Assembly: GCA_041690395.1 (NCBI GenBank)
Contig: JAWLHJ010000001.1
Span: 928,001 to 992,000, forward strand
Source of the DNA: Longimicrobiales bacterium
Lineage (GTDB): Bacteria > Gemmatimonadota > Gemmatimonadetes > Longimicrobiales > Gaopeijiaceae
Reading direction: 5' to 3'
Length of the DNA: 64,000 nucleotides
The notes under the pieces were generated by a model. The model was given only the letters and a program-made list of their open reading frames with translations. It made no database searches and was not told the origin of the DNA. Below, piece by piece: positions 60,942 through 64,000 of this stretch. The number at the start of each line of letters is the position of its first letter. Within the stretch, counting starts at the first letter, position 1. Both the position numbers and the translations under genes were made by a program.

Positions 60942-61027
60942 CGTTGAATGTACACATGACATATGTACACGCGCCAGCGGCGAGCTTTCCCCGCCTGTTC
61001 AAGTCGAACCCAAAGGCACCTGTCAGT

Positions 61028-61176
61028 TAACGTTCTTGTGTTGCCGACGTGGCCACCACCGGTGAGTCCACGCGGAGCTGATCGAGAATACGCTGCACTC
61101 CGCTTCCGGGCCACAAGAGCTCCGGGCCATGTAGGGGGAGCGACCGCAGGGAGCGGACCCGGAAACATTCTTGTTA
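61028..61176 (-). repeat. attC-like repeat, complete copy (149 bp)
   Basis: TAAC...GTTA bounded copy with all conserved blocks. Confidence 0.92.
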
Positions 61177-61233
61177 TAGGACGTGTGTCGCCGCTCGGTG
61201 ATTCCCCAACGGTTGCACCAACCGTTTCGTGTC

Positions 61234-61263
61234 TTGACAGGCAAGCCACCACTTGCCTATTGT
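61234..61263 (+). promoter_or_regulatory. Sigma70-like promoter with operator dyad for the ArsR-VOC cassette
   Basis: TTGACA (61234-61239), TATTGT (61258-61263), dyad AGGCAAG-N6-CTTGCCT between them. Confidence 0.75.
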
Positions 61264-61269
61264 CTTCCT

Positions 61270-61557
61270 GTGACTGATGATGTGTTCGACGCGCTGGCTT
61301 CGGGATCGAGACGCCTGATTCTAGATGAACTGGCCGACCGCAACGGCCAGGCGCTGTACGAGTTGTGCGCCCGGCTCACAATGAAGCATGGCCTGAACCT
61401 GACGCGGCAGGCGGTCTCACAGCACCTCGACGTTCTGGAGGCCGCAGGGTTGGTGCGAAGTGTTCGAGAGGGTCGGTACAAGTTCCACTACATCGATACC
61501 GGTCCCCTCGAAGAAGCTATGCGGCGATGGGACAAAACCACTAGGGAGGGGGAATGA
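61270..61557 (+). CDS. ArsR/SmtB family HTH regulator
   Basis: VFDALA...RRLILDEL, TRQAVSQHLDVLEAAGLV, GRYKFH. Confidence 0.92.
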   Translation: MTDDVFDALASGSRRLILDELADRNGQALYELCARLTMKHGLNLTRQAVSQHLDVLEAAGLVRSVREGRYKFHYIDTGPLEEAMRRWDKTTREGE

Positions 61558-61946
61558 CGATTCGAATCGGTTTGACCAGTGTCCTCGTCGACGATCAGGA
61601 CAAAGCACTCACGTTCTACACCGACATCCTGGGCTTCGTGAAGAAGGAAGACGTGCCGATGGGCCGCCATCGGTGGCTGACTGTCGTCTCCCGCCAAGAC
61701 CCGGACGGGGTCGAACTCGTGCTTGAGCCCGACGAGCATCCCGCCGCAACTCCGTTCAAGGAGGCCCTCGTCACGGATGGTATTCCTTTCACGTCGTTTA
61801 TGGTCGACGACGTCCACGCCGAGCACGAGCGACTCACAGCCCAGGGTGTCCGCTTTACTCAGCCGCCCGTGGAGATGGGCCCCGTGACCATCGCCGTGCT
61901 CGACGACACCTGCGGCAACCTTATCCAAATCCTGCACAAAGCCTGA
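61554..61946 (+). CDS. VOC/glyoxalase family protein
   Basis: SVLVDDQDKALTFYTDILGF, DDTCGNLIQI. Confidence 0.93.
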   Translation: MTIRIGLTSVLVDDQDKALTFYTDILGFVKKEDVPMGRHRWLTVVSRQDPDGVELVLEPDEHPAATPFKEALVTDGIPFTSFMVDDVHAEHERLTAQGVRFTQPPVEMGPVTIAVLDDTCGNLIQILHKA

Positions 61947-62092
61947 TTCGGGCGACGTGGTTTCCCTGAGTTGCGACTCTGTTCTGCCGATCCGCAGGGC
62001 TGCCCGAATCAGTTCATCAGCAGGGAGAACCCACCATGGTCCCCCCAACGCGCAGGGGTCTTTGGGATCAGGAACCAAAGACACATGTCCTA

Positions 62093-62242
62093 TAACGTTC
62101 TTGTGTTGCCGACGTGGCCCGCCACAGAGACTGCTTGAGCCGCCTGCCTGAGAATACGCTGCACTTCGTTCTCGAGCCAGAATCGTTCGAGGCCATGTAG
62201 GACGGAGCGAACGAAGTGAGCGGAGCCGGCAACACTTTGTTA
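62093..62242 (-). repeat. attC-like repeat, complete copy (150 bp)
   Basis: TAAC...GTTA bounded; perfect GTGTTGCCG/CGGCAACAC inner stem. Confidence 0.92.
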
Positions 62243-62280
62243 TGAGACGTCGCCCCGACCGACCGGTCTACCAACAAACC

Positions 62281-62856
62281 TCACACTTCTGGTGCCTCGA
62301 GACCGGCCCTTTTCGACACCAGGGCCCATTCGGCTTGGAGTCCGAGCTCAGCGACCCATTTATCGAGATACGCCCGATCCAAATGATCCCTACGCTGCTC
62401 GAGCATTCGAACAACGTCCGCTCGTTGAAGATCGGAGTCTCCCATCCGGGCCCACTCGAGCTTGGCGATGAGGACGTCTTCAAGGCTCGCCAAGGAGACT
62501 TCGATCCCAAGTAGATCAGCTCGCTCGCGCCGCTCGAATTCGGCCCTACTAAAGGATCGATCCTTCCGGACTATTAGGTCGACCTTCCATCCTGATGTCG
62601 GATCGATTGCGTTGAACTGCCCTTGCGTACGCCACGCATCGAGGGCGGCATCGCGATCTACGTAGAGGCGGGCGTCCAAGAGCCCCTGGACCAGCTTCTC
62701 CAGCCCTGGTTCCTGAGTATCGATGACGACGTCGATGTCCTGCGTGGCGCGAGGCGTGGCATAGTAGGCCGCAGCCAGCGAACCGGTGAGCATGTAGGGT
62801 ACGCCAGCCCCTTCAAGAATCTGAGCGACCCGTTGTAGGAAGGACGTGATGCTCAC
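62281..62856 (-). CDS. Nucleotidyltransferase-fold protein (DUF6036-like)
   Basis: YMLTGSLA...PRATQDIDVV (GS...DxD), KVDL, EDVLIAKLEW, DRAYL..W...LGL. Confidence 0.8.
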   Translation of the reverse strand: MSITSFLQRVAQILEGAGVPYMLTGSLAAAYYATPRATQDIDVVIDTQEPGLEKLVQGLLDARLYVDRDAALDAWRTQGQFNAIDPTSGWKVDLIVRKDRSFSRAEFERRERADLLGIEVSLASLEDVLIAKLEWARMGDSDLQRADVVRMLEQRRDHLDRAYLDKWVAELGLQAEWALVSKRAGLEAPEV

Positions 62857-63083
62857 TTCTCGGTGGGCAACTCGATCCCGTAGTCCTCAGCCACCAGTCG
62901 AGCGACAACTTCCCGGGGACTCAAGTCAGGATGTCTGGCTCGCAGCCCAGCTAGACGGATTTCCCGGACCGTGTCACTAAGGTCCAACGCTGCCCGCAGG
63001 CGTGCCGGACCATCCATTCGGTCCAAGACCGCGTTGTACCTGGCCCAGGCTTCCGGGTCGGTATCCAGGGGGCGTGAGATCAT
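62853..63083 (-). CDS. Small helical partner of the nucleotidyltransferase (putative antitoxin)
   Basis: DTDPEA...RM....RL..A..LS......LAGLRARHP; GTGA overlap with the NTase gene. Confidence 0.75.
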   Translation of the reverse strand: MISRPLDTDPEAWARYNAVLDRMDGPARLRAALDLSDTVREIRLAGLRARHPDLSPREVVARLVAEDYGIELPTEK

Positions 63084-63140
63084 GCCAGTAATCTAAACTC
63101 CCCTACAGGTGCCTGCATGTGCCCCACCGGCGATGTCTCA

Positions 63141-63290
63141 TAACGTTCAGATGTTTCCGACGTGGCCCCAGCATACGCGCTAATCGTGCCTGCGACCTAC
63201 GGAGTTCAGCGGACAGCTTACGATGCCCGAACGCTCGAGGCCATGTAGGGGGAGCGAGCGCAGCGAGCGGACCCGGAAACATTCTTGTTA
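63141..63290 (-). repeat. attC-like repeat, complete but more divergent copy (150 bp)
   Basis: TAACGTTCAGATGTTTCCGACGTGGCC...GGCCATGTAGGGGGAGCGAGCGCAGCGAGCGGACCCGGAAACATTCTTGTTA; different centre. Confidence 0.88.
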
Positions 63291-63352
63291 TGGGAAGTGT
63301 GCCGTGTTCGGCTTGGCACCGAGTTCAGACCTCCCGCCAGCCGGTGTGCAAT

Positions 63353-64000
63353 TCAGGGCCGGACGTATCGGTAGGCTCGGATTTGCTCAAGGCCAAGAGT
63401 GTCTCTCCAGACGCCGAACACGGCCTCTTGATCGATCACCATCGGGTAGAACTGATTCTCGATGCGAACCTGGCCCACGAAGCGTCCTTCGGCGTCAAAC
63501 ACGTCCCAGTCATGCGGTGCCCAGAGATCCGGATCGTAGATTTGCACCCATATGTGACCGTCAGAGGACAGTAGCACGCGGTCATAGGCAGGCAGTCGGT
63601 TGGGGCGTAGTTCATGGTCGAGTGCCGCAAGAGCGTCAGCCTTCAGTTCCTCAGGGAAATACTCCTGCACGAAATCCCGGTATGCTTCGACCTGAGCCTC
63701 GCTGATGGGTCTGGCAGGTCGATCGATGCCGTAGATTCTCTGGAGCCCGCGCTCCTCGAACACCTGCACTCGGAAGTCTGAACCCGTCACGAGATGAACC
63801 TCCTCACCCGTCACGTCGAATGACGGACGTGCCATGAACGGGATCGGAGCCTGAGTCTGACCAGTCCAGATTGCCAGCGGCTCGGGGAATGTTCCGTAGG
63901 AACGAAGACTCGAGGAACCCACATCCACACCTACGAGCTCGACCGAGTCCCTGACGGCCTGGCCGACGTCGATCAACGCACGGGGCACCGTCCGAGGAAT
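63353..64000 (-). CDS. 6-bladed beta-propeller protein, N-terminus beyond the window edge (cassette gene)
   Basis: LPAYDRVLLSSDGHIWV, WDVFDAEGRFVG, GVWRDTLGLEQIRAY; C-terminus parallels 21685-22830. Confidence 0.8.
   Translation of the reverse strand: MPRTVPRALIDVGQAVRDSVELVGVDVGSSSLRSYGTFPEPLAIWTGQTQAPIPFMARPSFDVTGEEVHLVTGSDFRVQVFEERGLQRIYGIDRPARPISEAQVEAYRDFVQEYFPEELKADALAALDHELRPNRLPAYDRVLLSSDGHIWVQIYDPDLWAPHDWDVFDAEGRFVGQVRIENQFYPMVIDQEAVFGVWRDTLGLEQIRAYRYVRP

Larger units (their letters stand above)
54846..64000 (-). mobile_element. Integron-like gene cassette array (integrase/attI not in window)
   Basis: Ten full or partial copies of an attC-like repeat separating 1-2-gene cassettes, cassette-specific inverted ends, one nested cassette with a second attC type, toxin-antitoxin-rich cargo. 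Confidence 0.88.

Noticed and set aside
59387..63144. IS or MITE interpretation of the inverted ends
   Set aside because: No transposase and no target duplications; the inverted sequences differ per unit and overlap the GTT/AAC cores as expected for cassettes.
55752..63290. CRISPR array interpretation of the recurring repeat
   Set aside because: Repeats are about 150 bp, spacers are gene-sized and irregular, and no cas genes are present.
55538..63705. ORF-track entries that run through the repeats (e.g. 55538-55954, the N-terminal part of 58923-59285, 60773-61252, 63119-63574)
   Set aside because: They are translations of the non-coding repeat (recurring SERSERTRK and LRIRC peptides), not genes.

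Overview
GC-rich bacterial chromosomal window, most likely Gemmatimonadota. This is inferred from the PadR-ADOP permease pairs, 6-bladed beta-propeller proteins and a DUF5916 protein; no marker search was run. The first ~45 kb is mostly housekeeping and transport: tkt, leuS, ABC half-transporters, a Kdo transferase-like gene, two ADOP permeases, a TipA-like MerR regulator, argC-argD-argJ with tandem ARG boxes, and amidohydrolases. Three oddities sit in this part: an ArsM-like methyltransferase with an in-frame UGA and a SECIS-like hairpin (probable selenoprotein), a probable CUG-initiated gene, and an orphan contractile-tail sheath gene. From ~54.8 kb to the right edge lies an integron-like cassette array with no integrase in the window. 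It has five complete and five partial copies of a ~150-bp attC-like repeat of non-canonical geometry, separating cassettes that mostly carry toxin-antitoxin pairs. Each intact cassette has its own 16-17-bp inverted ends. One cassette with a second, shorter attC type is inserted at a G|AT secondary site inside a PIN toxin gene, and removing it restores the reading frame at the junction. Family names come from motif recognition by eye, and most start codons were adjusted by hand from the ORF track.
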